A DNA stretch of 64,000 bases, from contig JAEZTV010000015.1 of NCBI GenBank assembly GCA_023421245.1, positions 24,360 to 88,359 of the forward strand, in the 5' to 3' direction. The notes under the pieces were generated by a model. That model made no database searches. It was not told where the DNA came from and saw nothing but the letters and a program-made list of their open reading frames with translations. Source of the stretch: Bacillota bacterium (lineage in GTDB: Bacteria; Bacillota; Clostridia; Oscillospirales; Ruminococcaceae). This document shows positions 43,307 to 53,131 of this stretch, in pieces. Numbering within the stretch: the first letter of the stretch is position 1; each line of letters begins with the position of its first letter. The translations under genes were made by a program, and so were the position numbers.

Positions 43307-44215
43307 CTTAAATGTACCGAATTCCTGTACGGCGTAGGCGACCTGACCTTTGCCCTGCACATAGCCGTAGTATACGCCAATACCTACATGGGTATAGACC
43401 TCCCGCACCATGTTCTCGTAATGGCCGGGGCTGTTGGTCCACAAATCCATAAAGTATGTGGAGCTGGGTGCCATGCCGGTGGTCTTGGCAAGGTTTTCGC
43501 CCAGATACGAGTATCCGCTGAGCGGAACCTCTACCTTAAACACGCTGTCCCATGCGCCGCCGTCGGGTCGGGAGTGCGCAAAGTAGTTGTAATCGTACAT
43601 CTCTTTTGCGCGGATGCGCGCACCCGCCGAAAGCGAGGAGCTCTTTTTCAGTTCACTGAGTCCCTGCGATACCCGCAGCTCGTTGAGCTGATTAAAGATT
43701 TCATCCTCGACGCTGGAATAAAAACTGGTGTTAGAAGACTTGGAAGTGTCATCGCTCAGGCGCGGGCCGTAATCCACCTCGGTGCCGGAGGCAGGCTTGG
43801 ACGAAGCTGCGGCAGAGCTTGCTGCCTTAGAGCTGCTGGCTTTGGAAGAGGTGCTTGGCGCTGCTGCCTTAGAACTCGCAGCCTTAGAGGAGCTTGCAGC
43901 CTTGGAGGAACTGATAGCCTTCGAAGAGCTTGCCGCCTTAGACGACGGGCTTTCCGGCTTTGCCTCCTTGATGGATGAGGTTTTGTCAGACGCTGTGCTC
44001 TGCTGCGCTTTGGATGCATCATCCTCCAGGATAGAGGAAGGGATGCCCGATGTCGTACCGCCCACTGCCGGTTCTTCCATAACGATGTTTTCGGATGAGG
44101 GGTCAGACAATGATGAATCAACAACCGTGCCATCATCGGCACAGGAAAACAGCAAGAGAGAAAGAGCCATCAGCAGGCAGGGAACGACAACAAGGCGTTT
44201 TGTGGTTCTTCGCAT
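43304..44215 (-). CDS. CAP/SCP (PR-1-like, YkwD-type) domain lipoprotein with Ser/Ala/Lys-rich linker
   Basis: Lipobox LLLFSCADD. C-terminal NQLNELRVSQGLSELK...YFAHSRPDG...GENLA...SPGHYENM CAP motifs. Start at ATG 44215 (GGAAAGGA RBS); the track start is over-extended. Confidence 0.85.
   Translation of the reverse strand: MRRTTKRLVVVPCLLMALSLLLFSCADDGTVVDSSLSDPSSENIVMEEPAVGGTTSGIPSSILEDDASKAQQSTASDKTSSIKEAKPESPSSKAASSSKAISSSKAASSSKAASSKAAAPSTSSKASSSKAASSAAASSKPASGTEVDYGPRLSDDTSKSSNTSFYSSVEDEIFNQLNELRVSQGLSELKKSSSLSAGARIRAKEMYDYNYFAHSRPDGGAWDSVFKVEVPLSGYSYLGENLAKTTGMAPSSTYFMDLWTNSPGHYENMVREVYTHVGIGVYYGYVQGKGQVAYAVQEFGTFK
43800..43960 (-). repeat. imperfect in-frame tandem repeats encoding (S-S-K-A-A/I-S)n linker
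   Basis: gccttagag / gccttggag / gccttcgaag / gccttagac units recur. The protein reads SSKAASSSKAISSSKAASSSKAASSKAAAPSTSSKASSSKAASS. Confidence 0.7.
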
Positions 44216-44562
44216 TGATATCATCCTTTCCCAGTGATTATAGTATGTTTCGGCTAATAATAAGAATAGTTTAGCCAAAACAGAATGTTGCGGCTCATTG
44301 TACACGTAACACCGTATCTGTAAGCAGAGTATCGGTGCAAGCGGGGGTAGGGGATGCTGCCGCAACAAGTTAGTTTACATTTTAGCACAGTTTACATAAA
44401 AGCTCAAAATAAAATATTACCATTCCTTTGCTTCTTGCGTGTTCCCGCTGATATAGAGCAAAAACCTTGCAGATATGGTGGATTTACAAATAGATTGTTT
44501 TTTTTGTTCTGGTTTTTTGTTATAATATGAACAAATTTAAAAATAGCGAGGGAGGACATGCT

Positions 44563-45138
44563 GTGTTTAACGAATTGGTGCTGCATAACCGAAGCTACCG
44601 CAGTTTTGCCGAGGATCATCCGGTCGGACGGGATGACCTGTTTTGGCTTGTGTCGCTTGCGCGCCTTTCCCCCTCGGCAGGCAACATTCAGCCGCTCAAG
44701 TATTTTTTAAGCAGCGAGCAGCAGACAAACGAGCTGATCTACCCGCTGCTCAGGTGGATGGACGGCAATCGCGGCAAGGATGGCTGCGAGCACGGAAAGC
44801 CCGCGGCATACATCTGTATGTTTGTGGATATGAACCTTGTACCGGTACAATCCTCCGCCTATGTAGATGCCGGCATTGCGGCACAGACCATTCTGCTTGG
44901 TGCGTGCGAAAAAGGTCTGGGCGGATGTATTGTTACTGGCTTTGACCGAACCCGCCTCAAGCAAGCGCTGATGGTAACAATCGGCGCGTATGAACCATTG
45001 CTTATCATCGCGCTGGGCAAGCCGTATGAGGATATTACGCTAGAGGAATCGGGCTATGATACCGGGTGTTACCGAAACGAGCAAGGCGTGCGCCATGTGC
45101 CGAAACGTCAGCTGGCCGATATCGTCATCGGTATATAA
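44563..45138 (+). CDS. nitroreductase family protein
   Basis: GTG 44563 after a GAGGGAGGA RBS. The track ATG 44527 sits directly after a TATAAT box. VLHNRSYRSF ... SAGNIQP ... nitroreductase motifs. Confidence 0.8.
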   Translation: MFNELVLHNRSYRSFAEDHPVGRDDLFWLVSLARLSPSAGNIQPLKYFLSSEQQTNELIYPLLRWMDGNRGKDGCEHGKPAAYICMFVDMNLVPVQSSAYVDAGIAAQTILLGACEKGLGGCIVTGFDRTRLKQALMVTIGAYEPLLIIALGKPYEDITLEESGYDTGCYRNEQGVRHVPKRQLADIVIGI

Positions 45139-45179
45139 GAAACGACAAAGCAATACGATAAAATGAAAGGGTTGAAACT

Positions 45180-45854
45180 ATGTCGAAATTTATTCCGGAG
45201 ATACAGGGAACCCTGCGCAAGTTTATGCTAAATGTTCCTGAAGAGATACGAGAAGCAAGCGGTATTCGCATCTTTGGCAAACGAATCCGCTCCATCGTCT
45301 TTACCACCGATATCTGCATCATCCGCAACATCAATGCCGATGCGGTCATTGCGGTATACCCGTTTACCCCGCAGCCCGTTATTACGCAGGCGGTAATGCT
45401 GGCGGCGGATATCCCCGTGTTCTGCGGCGTAGGCGGCGGCCTTACACAGGGTACACGTGTGATTAACCTTGCTCTGCACGCAGAGTTTCAGGGCGCCATT
45501 GGCGTGGTGCTTAATGCGCCCACCTCCAACCGTTCACTCAAACGGGTAAAAGAGCGTATTGACATCCCCATCGTGATTACCGTTGTAAACGAGCAGGACG
45601 ATATCGGCGCACGTCTGGAAGCGGGGGCGGATATCCTAAACGTATCGGCCGCCTCTAAAACACCCGGCATTGTGGCAAAGATACGAGAGGAGTTCCCTCT
45701 TGTGCCTATAATTGCAACCGGCGGCCCCACAGTCGAGAGCATTAAACGCACCATCGCGGCAGGCGCAAATGCCATTACCTGGACTCCGCCCACAAGCGGT
45801 GAAATCTTTACCCAAGTAATGGACGAGTACCGCGCGGGCAAGCCTCACCCCTAA
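45180..45854 (+). CDS. hypothetical TIM-barrel-like protein
   Basis: Alternating beta/alpha pattern ending in IIATGGPTVESIKRTIAAGANAITWTPP (phosphate-binding-like GG loop). No confident family assignment. Confidence 0.5.
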   Translation: MSKFIPEIQGTLRKFMLNVPEEIREASGIRIFGKRIRSIVFTTDICIIRNINADAVIAVYPFTPQPVITQAVMLAADIPVFCGVGGGLTQGTRVINLALHAEFQGAIGVVLNAPTSNRSLKRVKERIDIPIVITVVNEQDDIGARLEAGADILNVSAASKTPGIVAKIREEFPLVPIIATGGPTVESIKRTIAAGANAITWTPPTSGEIFTQVMDEYRAGKPHP

Positions 45855-45956
45855 GGCCGGGAGATTGATGCCGCCCCAGTGAATTATACAATCTACACAG
45901 TCGCCGTAAAAAAGCGGGCGAGAAGTTGTGCTAAGCTACAATGTTGCAGCAGTCAT

Positions 45957-46013
45957 GTATTTTTATGCACATAACTCTTGTAAATTGCAGTTTTTAATGT
46001 ATAATTATTAACA
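45957..46013 (+). promoter_or_regulatory. argG promoter flanked/overlapped by two ARG-box-like sites
   Basis: TGTATTTTTATGCA (45957-69) fits TGnATwwwwATnCA. TTGTAA, 16 nt, TATAAT (45978-46005). Second half-degenerate box TGTATAATTATTAACA (45998-46013). Confidence 0.5.
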
Positions 46014-46103
46014 TCATAGATTGTTTACACATTTTAATACAACTACGCAGGACGCAGATGAACCGGTCTGCAACTTTACATTATTGAAGTGAGGTTTTTA
46101 TGT

Positions 46104-47312
46104 ATGCAGAAGTTTAACAAGGTAGTGCTCGCGTACTCCGGCGGGCTGGATACGTCGATTATTATTCCGTGGCTCAAGGAAAACTACGGCTGCGAGGTAA
46201 TCGCCGTTGCGGCGGATGTCGGGCAGGGCAAGGAACTGACGGGCCTTAACGAAAGGGCGATTAACACCGGCGCATCCAAGCTGTATATCGAGGATTTAAC
46301 CGACGAGTTTGTCAATGACTATATCTTTGAGACGCTCAAAGCAGGTGCCGTATACGAAAACAAATATCTGCTCGGAACCTCGTTTGCGCGCCCCATCATC
46401 GCAAAGCGCATTGTTGAGATCGCCCTTGCGGAAGGCGCGGATGCAATCGCGCACGGCTGCACCGGTAAGGGCAACGATCAGGTGCGGTTTGAGCTTGCCA
46501 TCAAGGCGTTTGCCCCGAATATGCCGATTGTTGCACCCTGGAGAACCTGGGAGCTTAAAAGCCGCGAGGATGAGATTGCGTATGCCGAGGAACGCAATGT
46601 GCCCATTACCATTACCAGAGAGACCAACTACTCCAAGGATATGAACATCTGGCATCTTTCGCATGAGGGGCTTGATTTGGAAGACCCCGCAAACGAGCCG
46701 GATTATGATAAGATTTTGGAGCTTGGCGTTTCGCCGGAAAAGGCACCCGACAAGCCAACCTATGTCAGCATCGGGTTTGAAAAAGGCGTGCCGGTCAGCG
46801 TGGACGGCGAGAAGCTGCCGGGAACCGACATCATCAAAAAGCTCAACAAGCTGGGCGGTGCAAACGGTATCGGTATTGTGGATATGGTGGAAAACCGTCT
46901 GGTTGGCATGAAGAGCCGCGGCGTGTACGAAACCCCCGGCGGCACCATTCTTTATCACGCGCACGAGGTGCTCGAGAGCATCTGCCTTGACCGCGATACC
47001 CAGCACTATAAGCAGCAGGTTGCGATTAAGTTTGCCGAACTTGTATATAACGGCCAGTGGTACACACCGCTGCGCGAGGCGCTGAGCGCGTTTGTAGACA
47101 CCACACAGGCTACCGTTACGGGTGAAGTAAAGGTAAAGCTTTACAAGGGCAATATTATTAACGCGGGCGTAACAAGCCCCTATACGCTGTACAGCGAGGA
47201 TATCGCCACCTTTGGTGAGGATGAGGTTTATAACCAGAACGACTCCGCAGGCTTCATTAACCTGTTTGGCCTGCCCATTAAGGTAAAGGCGTTGGCGGAA
47301 GGTAAACAGTAG
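46104..47312 (+). CDS. argG: argininosuccinate synthase
   Basis: [12 protein letters not shown] ... [13 protein letters not shown] ... canonical ArgG blocks. Confidence 0.97.
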   Translation: MQKFNKVVLAYSGGLDTSIIIPWLKENYGCEVIAVAADVGQGKELTGLNERAINTGASKLYIEDLTDEFVNDYIFETLKAGAVYENKYLLGTSFARPIIAKRIVEIALAEGADAIAHGCTGKGNDQVRFELAIKAFAPNMPIVAPWRTWELKSREDEIAYAEERNVPITITRETNYSKDMNIWHLSHEGLDLEDPANEPDYDKILELGVSPEKAPDKPTYVSIGFEKGVPVSVDGEKLPGTDIIKKLNKLGGANGIGIVDMVENRLVGMKSRGVYETPGGTILYHAHEVLESICLDRDTQHYKQQVAIKFAELVYNGQWYTPLREALSAFVDTTQATVTGEVKVKLYKGNIINAGVTSPYTLYSEDIATFGEDEVYNQNDSAGFINLFGLPIKVKALAEGKQ

Positions 47313-47479
47313 GGCTTGTTTTTCTCACATATTCCTTAACAGAACAAAATGCACAATGCACAATGCACGGGGCGACCATTGGTCGCCCGCAGTGTTTCAC
47401 GGGCAAAAGGCTGATAGCCCACCCCTTACGGGCTGAAATAATTCAAACCAAGCAAACACAGAATAAGGAGAACTTAACG

Positions 47480-48862
47480 ATGAAGCTGTGGCAGGGACGT
47501 TTTTCCAAGGAGGTCGATTCCGCGGTCAATGACTTTAACTCCTCCATTTCGTTCGATGCGCGCATGGTGCGGCAGGATATTATGGGCAGCATCGCCCATG
47601 CTGCCATGCTTGGCGAAACCGGTGTTATTGATAAAAACGAGGTGGAGCAGCTTTGTGACGGTTTAGCGCAGCTGCTGGACGATCTTGAGCGCGGCACGCT
47701 TATAATTGATCCTGCCTCGGAGGATATCCACACCTTTATCGAAGGGGAGTTGACCGCGCGGCTTGGGGATGCGGGCAAGCGTCTGCACACCGCACGCAGC
47801 CGAAACGATCAGGTGGCACTTGATTTACGGATGTATCTCAAGGACGAGATTGCGGGACTTAAGGCGCTTGTAGTGGGGCTGGTTGATGCGGTGCTTGCGC
47901 AGGCCGTGCAGCACACCCAAACGGTACTGTGCGGGTATACCCATCTGCAGCGCGCGCAGCCTATTACCTTTGCGCACCATTTGATGGCGTATGTGCAGAT
48001 GCTGCTGCGCGACCTTGACCGTCTTGGCCACGCCTATGCGCAGTGTGATGTTATGCCGCTTGGCAGTGGTGCACTGGCGGGAACCACCTATCCCATCGAC
48101 CGTCTGCTTACCGCACAAAAACTTGGGTTTTCGCAGGTGTCCCGCAACTCGCTCGACGGCGTATCCGACCGCGATTTTGTCATAGAGCTTGCGGGCGCGC
48201 TGTCAATTTTGATGATGCACCTGTCGCGGTTTAGTGAGGAGATTATTCTGTGGTGCTCGTGGGAGTTTAAGTATATCGAGCTTGATGATGCTTACGCCAC
48301 CGGCTCAAGCATCATGCCGCAGAAAAAGAACCCCGATATTGCCGAGCTTGTGCGCGGGAAAACGGGGCGGGTATACGGCGATTTGGTTACCCTGCTTTCG
48401 ATGATGAAATCGCTGCCCCTTGCCTATAACAAGGATATGCAGGAGGATAAGGAAGCGATCTTTGACGCGGTGGATACCGCAAAGCTCTGCCTTGAAACCT
48501 TTGCCCCCATGATTGCAACGATGCGCGTGCTGCCCGAGAATATGCGTGCGGCCGCGGCGAAGGGCTTTATTAATGCCACAGACTGTGCGGACTATCTGAC
48601 CAAAAAAGGGATGCCGTTTCGCGACGCGTATAAGGCGGTAGGCAGCCTTGTGGCATATTGCATCCAAAAAGGCCATACACTGGAGAGCCTTTCGCTGGAC
48701 GAATATAAGGCGATATGCGCACTGTTTGATGAGGATATCTATGGTGCCGTAGACCTTCTTACCTGTGTGCGGGGCAGAAACATCATCGGTGGCCCTGCGC
48801 CGGAACAGGTGAGCGCGGAGATTGCACGTGCAAACGAGACATTGAATACGTACCGTTCATAG
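47480..48862 (+). CDS. argH: argininosuccinate lyase
   Basis: MKLWQGRFSK start after an AAGGAGAA RBS. GSSIMPQKKNPD signature. Confidence 0.97.
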   Translation: MKLWQGRFSKEVDSAVNDFNSSISFDARMVRQDIMGSIAHAAMLGETGVIDKNEVEQLCDGLAQLLDDLERGTLIIDPASEDIHTFIEGELTARLGDAGKRLHTARSRNDQVALDLRMYLKDEIAGLKALVVGLVDAVLAQAVQHTQTVLCGYTHLQRAQPITFAHHLMAYVQMLLRDLDRLGHAYAQCDVMPLGSGALAGTTYPIDRLLTAQKLGFSQVSRNSLDGVSDRDFVIELAGALSILMMHLSRFSEEIILWCSWEFKYIELDDAYATGSSIMPQKKNPDIAELVRGKTGRVYGDLVTLLSMMKSLPLAYNKDMQEDKEAIFDAVDTAKLCLETFAPMIATMRVLPENMRAAAAKGFINATDCADYLTKKGMPFRDAYKAVGSLVAYCIQKGHTLESLSLDEYKAICALFDEDIYGAVDLLTCVRGRNIIGGPAPEQVSAEIARANETLNTYRS

Positions 48863-48877
48863 AGAAGGGGACAGACG

Positions 48878-49846
48878 ATGAGCAGACAGAAGAATAAGGG
48901 CTATTTTGAGGAGATCATCGAACTCAACGGAATCCGGCAGTACCTGCTGCATGTACCGTCGCAGCAAAAGGCGGTTATCCTCCACCTGCATGGCGGGCCG
49001 GGGCAGTCGCAGGCGCACTATGCTTTTTGCACGAGGGCGCAGCGTGACTACGCCACGTATGTTTATTACGATCAGCGCGGCGCTGGTAAAACGCAGCAGC
49101 TAAGCAAAACACCGACTGCAGACATAACGCTTGAGCACCTTATTGAGGATTTACGGCTCACTATTCAGCATGTAAAGGAACGGTATGCTACCGAGAATGT
49201 GGTGCTGCTGGGTCATTCGTGGGGCTCGGTGCTCGGAACAAGTTACATCCTGCACTACCCGGGCGATGTAAAGGGCTTCATCGGTGTGGGGCAGGTGGTA
49301 GATTTATTAAGGGGCGAGCAGATTGGTGTTGAAAAGCTCAAAGAGATAATAGAGCGCAAAGGAAGCAAACATGACCTTAAGGCTCTTGCCCGTCTTGCAA
49401 ACTACCCCTGCGGCGATTCGACGAATGAGTTTATCAAGCAGCTTGGGCGTGTTCGCTCGTTACAAAGCAGGTACGGCCTTGCGGTTCATGTTCCGCGTGT
49501 GCTGAAGGCGGCAATCAAAAGCCCGATTTTTCGCCCTGCGGATCTCGTTACCCTTGCGTCCTCGTTTAAGCCAAACTTAAAGCTAATTGAATCACTGCTG
49601 CACTACAGCATTCTGTCGATTTCGGATTATCAAACGCCCGTCTGCTTTGTGCTGGGCGAAAACGACTGGCAGGTACCAAGCGTACTTGCGGCAGAGTATT
49701 TTGAGGGCATCAACGCCCCGTTTAAGGAACTGCATTGGGTAAAGAACGCGGGGCATATGACCGATTTTGACAACCCGTACGGCTTTCACGAAGCGGTTGA
49801 GGCATGCTTGCGAGGGATATTTGCAGCAACAATAAACAACGATTAG
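48878..49846 (+). CDS. alpha/beta hydrolase (proline iminopeptidase-like)
   Basis: HGGPG oxyanion region, GHSWGS nucleophile elbow, C-terminal NAGHM His. Confidence 0.8.
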   Translation: MSRQKNKGYFEEIIELNGIRQYLLHVPSQQKAVILHLHGGPGQSQAHYAFCTRAQRDYATYVYYDQRGAGKTQQLSKTPTADITLEHLIEDLRLTIQHVKERYATENVVLLGHSWGSVLGTSYILHYPGDVKGFIGVGQVVDLLRGEQIGVEKLKEIIERKGSKHDLKALARLANYPCGDSTNEFIKQLGRVRSLQSRYGLAVHVPRVLKAAIKSPIFRPADLVTLASSFKPNLKLIESLLHYSILSISDYQTPVCFVLGENDWQVPSVLAAEYFEGINAPFKELHWVKNAGHMTDFDNPYGFHEAVEACLRGIFAATINND

Positions 49847-49858
49847 GCGGCATAAATC

Positions 49859-50797
49859 ATGAAGAAAAAGGTTTTTATCGACGGGCGGGAGGGAACGACC
49901 GGCTTGCAGATTGTACAGCGGCTGGAGCACCGGCCGGAGCTTGAACTGCTTGCTATCGACAATGCAAAACGCAAGGATGTTTCGGAGCGCAAGCGCCTTA
50001 TTAACGAAGCAGATGTGGTATTTCTGTGTCTGCCCGACGATGCGGCAAGAGAATCAGTGTTGCTGGTGGAAAATGACAGCACCATTATTATCGATGCCTC
50101 TACCGCACACCGTACGCAGGCAGAGTGGGCATACGGCTTGCCGGAGCTTGACAGTGCGTTTCGCGGTGCCATAAAAGCAGGCAAGCGCATTGCGGTACCC
50201 GGCTGCTACGCTACGGGCTTTGTGTCAATTGTCTACCCGCTTGTGCAGCTTGGCATTCTGCCAAAGGACTATCCTGTCAGCGCATACGGTATATCGGGCT
50301 ACAGCGGCGGCGGTAACAAGATGATTGCCGCGTATGAGGATGCAAACCGTGACAGGCAGTGCGACAGCCCGCGGCACTATGCGCTTTCGCTTACGCATAA
50401 GCATGTACCCGAGATGCACCGATATTCGGGGCTTGGGCATGCGCCGCTGTTTAGTCCCATTGTATGTGACTACTACAGCGGGATGACGGTAAGCGTGCCG
50501 CTTTATGCCGCTATGCTGCATGCCCGCCTTACCCCTGCCGGCCTTGCGGCGCAGTATGCCGCTTATTACGAGGGACAGCCGTTTGTAAGCGTGTTTGCGC
50601 ATGATACGCTGGCGGACGGGGCAATCTATACTAATACCCTTTCGGGCACCAATCGGCTGGAGATTATTGTTTGCGGCAACGACGAGAACCTTACCGTTGT
50701 GTCTCGGTTTGATAATCTCGGCAAAGGAGCGTCGGGTGCTGCGGTACAGTGTATGAACATCGCACTCGGCCTGTGTGAGACAACAGGGCTTACATAG
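49859..50797 (+). CDS. argC: N-acetyl-gamma-glutamyl-phosphate reductase (short type)
   Basis: DGREGTTGLQI N-terminus. Catalytic PGCYATG. Confidence 0.93.
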   Translation: MKKKVFIDGREGTTGLQIVQRLEHRPELELLAIDNAKRKDVSERKRLINEADVVFLCLPDDAARESVLLVENDSTIIIDASTAHRTQAEWAYGLPELDSAFRGAIKAGKRIAVPGCYATGFVSIVYPLVQLGILPKDYPVSAYGISGYSGGGNKMIAAYEDANRDRQCDSPRHYALSLTHKHVPEMHRYSGLGHAPLFSPIVCDYYSGMTVSVPLYAAMLHARLTPAGLAAQYAAYYEGQPFVSVFAHDTLADGAIYTNTLSGTNRLEIIVCGNDENLTVVSRFDNLGKGASGAAVQCMNIALGLCETTGLT

Positions 50798-50927
50798 GGA
50801 TTACGGACAGAGGGCTTTGAAAAAGCCGTTGCTCAGTGAACCATACATAGGCGTTTGCCCTGCAAAATAAGGGAATGGGGCAATGCAAAACGCGGGGAAT
50901 TTTCCGCTTGGAAAGGACAGAGCAGGG

Positions 50928-52226
50928 ATGGAGAGCAGGAACTTTATACCGGTGGACGGCGGGGTTACCGCCGCGAAGGAATTTTATGCAAACGGAATCA
51001 GCTGCGGCATCAAGCAGGCAATGAAATCGGCGGAGGTTGTTACCCATGCGGCTGTTGCGGCGAATGAACCGTCGCAAGAGCAGGATAAACCGATGAAACG
51101 TGATGTCGCTGCAATATTCAGCACGCGGCCTTGTGCCGCGGCTGCAGTCTACACCACCAACAAGGTAAAGGCGGCGCCGATACTGGTTACAAAGCAGCAC
51201 CTTGCGCAGGGCAGCGCGCGTGCGGTAATTGTCAACAGCGGCAACGCAAACGCATGCAACGCTGACGGTATGGCGGTTGCAAACGAGATGTGCTCGCTGC
51301 TTGCGCATGCACTTTCCATCCGGTCGGATGAGGTGATTGTCGCCTCTACCGGCGTCATCGGCGTTCCGCTGCCGGTGGAGGTAATTGCGGCGGGTGTCGG
51401 CCACCTGTGCGCAGGGCTTTCTGCCGAGGGGGGCAGCCTTGCCGCGGAAGCGATTATGACCACCGATACCTTCTCAAAACAGGCGGCGATATCGTTTGAG
51501 CTTGACGGCGTTACCTGTACCATCGGGGCAATGGCCAAGGGCTCGGGCATGATTCACCCCAACATGGCGACGATGCTGGGCTTTCTCACCACCGATTGTG
51601 ACATCACCCCCGAACTGCTGCAAGAGGCGCTTGCCGACTGTACGGCAGATACCTTTAATATGGTGAGTGTAGACGGCGACACCTCCACCAACGATATGGC
51701 GTGTATCCTTGCAAACGGCGCAGCGGGCAACGAGCGGATTTCTAAAAAAGGCTCTTCTTACGACACCTTCTATGCCGCGCTACTAAGTGTGACCACCGCA
51801 CTTGCCAAGATGCTTGCGAGGGATGGTGAGGGTGCAACAAAGCTTATTGAATGCACGGTCAGCGGCGCACCCGATGCAGATGCCGCAAAGAAGGCGGCAA
51901 AAAGCGTAATCGGTTCAAGTCTTTTTAAGGCTGCAATGTTTGGCGGCGATGCAAACTGGGGGCGCATTTTATGCGCGCTTGGCTATGCGGACGCGGCATT
52001 TGCCATCGACAAAACCGAGATTACCATCGAAAGCGCTGCGGGCAGCGTTACGGTGTGCAGGCAGGGCGCGGGGGTAGCATTCTCCGAGGAGGAGGCGCTT
52101 GCGGTGCTTGGCGAGAACGAGATAAAAATCCTTATCAATCTGCATGACGGCGGGGCGTCCTCCACCGCTTGGGGCTGCGATTTGACCTATGATTATGTGA
52201 AGATTAATGGCGATTACCGTACCTGA
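50928..52226 (+). CDS. argJ: bifunctional ornithine acetyltransferase / N-acetylglutamate synthase
   Basis: KGSGMIHPNMATMLGF autoproteolysis site. C-terminal CDLTYDYVKINGDYRT. Start at ATG 50928. Confidence 0.95.
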   Translation: MESRNFIPVDGGVTAAKEFYANGISCGIKQAMKSAEVVTHAAVAANEPSQEQDKPMKRDVAAIFSTRPCAAAAVYTTNKVKAAPILVTKQHLAQGSARAVIVNSGNANACNADGMAVANEMCSLLAHALSIRSDEVIVASTGVIGVPLPVEVIAAGVGHLCAGLSAEGGSLAAEAIMTTDTFSKQAAISFELDGVTCTIGAMAKGSGMIHPNMATMLGFLTTDCDITPELLQEALADCTADTFNMVSVDGDTSTNDMACILANGAAGNERISKKGSSYDTFYAALLSVTTALAKMLARDGEGATKLIECTVSGAPDADAAKKAAKSVIGSSLFKAAMFGGDANWGRILCALGYADAAFAIDKTEITIESAAGSVTVCRQGAGVAFSEEEALAVLGENEIKILINLHDGGASSTAWGCDLTYDYVKINGDYRT

Positions 52227-52251
52227 CGGCAGAAAGGGAAGGAGAAAAAAC

Positions 52252-53109
52252 ATGAAGATAACAAACAACGATAAAGCGCACGTACTGATTGAAGCCTTGC
52301 CCTACCTGCAAAAGTATTACAATAAGGTGATTGTCATTAAATACGGCGGCAACGCCATGCAAAGCGATGAGCTCAAACAAGCGGTCATGAGCGATATTGT
52401 ATTGCTTTCGCTTGTGGGAGTAAAGATTGTGCTGGTGCACGGCGGCGGGCCCGAGATTACCGAGATGCTGGGCAAAATCGGCAAAGAGTCCCGCTTTGTG
52501 GGCGGGCTGCGCTATACCGACGAGGAAACTGCGGACATCGTGCAGATGGTGCTGGCAGGGCGCATCAACAAGGACCTTGTCAGCCTTCTAACAAGCCACA
52601 AGGGCAAGGCGATGGGACTGTGCGGTATTGACGGAAACATGATTACGGCTAAAAAGCTGGTTGCAGAGGAGGATCTCGGCTTTGTGGGCGAGATTGAACA
52701 TGTGGATGTTAAGCCCATTCTCGACACCCTTGCAAACGGCTACATACCCGTTATTGCTACCGTAGCGTGTGACAGCTACGGCCAGGTTTACAACATCAAC
52801 GCCGATACGGCGGCAGCGCGCATTGCGGCGGCGCTGGGTGCCGAGAACCTTATTTTGATGACCGATATCCGCGGTCTTCTGCGCGACAAGGACGATGAAA
52901 GCTCGCTGATACCCGTTGTCAACGTAAGCGAGGTACCGCATTTGGTGCGTCAGGGCATCATCTCGGGCGGTATGATTCCGAAGGTGGAATGCTGTGTGGA
53001 GGCGGTGCGGCGCGGTGTGCGCAAGACGTTTATCATCGACGGGAGAATCCCGCATTCCATCCTCATAGAAATGTTTTCAAACGAAGGCATCGGCACCATG
53101 TTTATTTAG
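52252..53109 (+). CDS. argB: acetylglutamate kinase
   Basis: VIKYGGNAM, VHGGGP, NINADTAA motifs. GGAAGGAGAA RBS. Confidence 0.96.
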   Translation: MKITNNDKAHVLIEALPYLQKYYNKVIVIKYGGNAMQSDELKQAVMSDIVLLSLVGVKIVLVHGGGPEITEMLGKIGKESRFVGGLRYTDEETADIVQMVLAGRINKDLVSLLTSHKGKAMGLCGIDGNMITAKKLVAEEDLGFVGEIEHVDVKPILDTLANGYIPVIATVACDSYGQVYNINADTAAARIAAALGAENLILMTDIRGLLRDKDDESSLIPVVNVSEVPHLVRQGIISGGMIPKVECCVEAVRRGVRKTFIIDGRIPHSILIEMFSNEGIGTMFI

Positions 53110-53131
53110 ATAAAGTAAGGAGTGCATCAGT

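Noticed and set aside
43388-44237. 196-aa and 151-aa plus-strand ORFs opposite the CAP-domain gene
   Set aside because: Antisense of the Ser/Ala repeat linker. Repetitive Ala/Leu/Glu or Arg/Gly strings.
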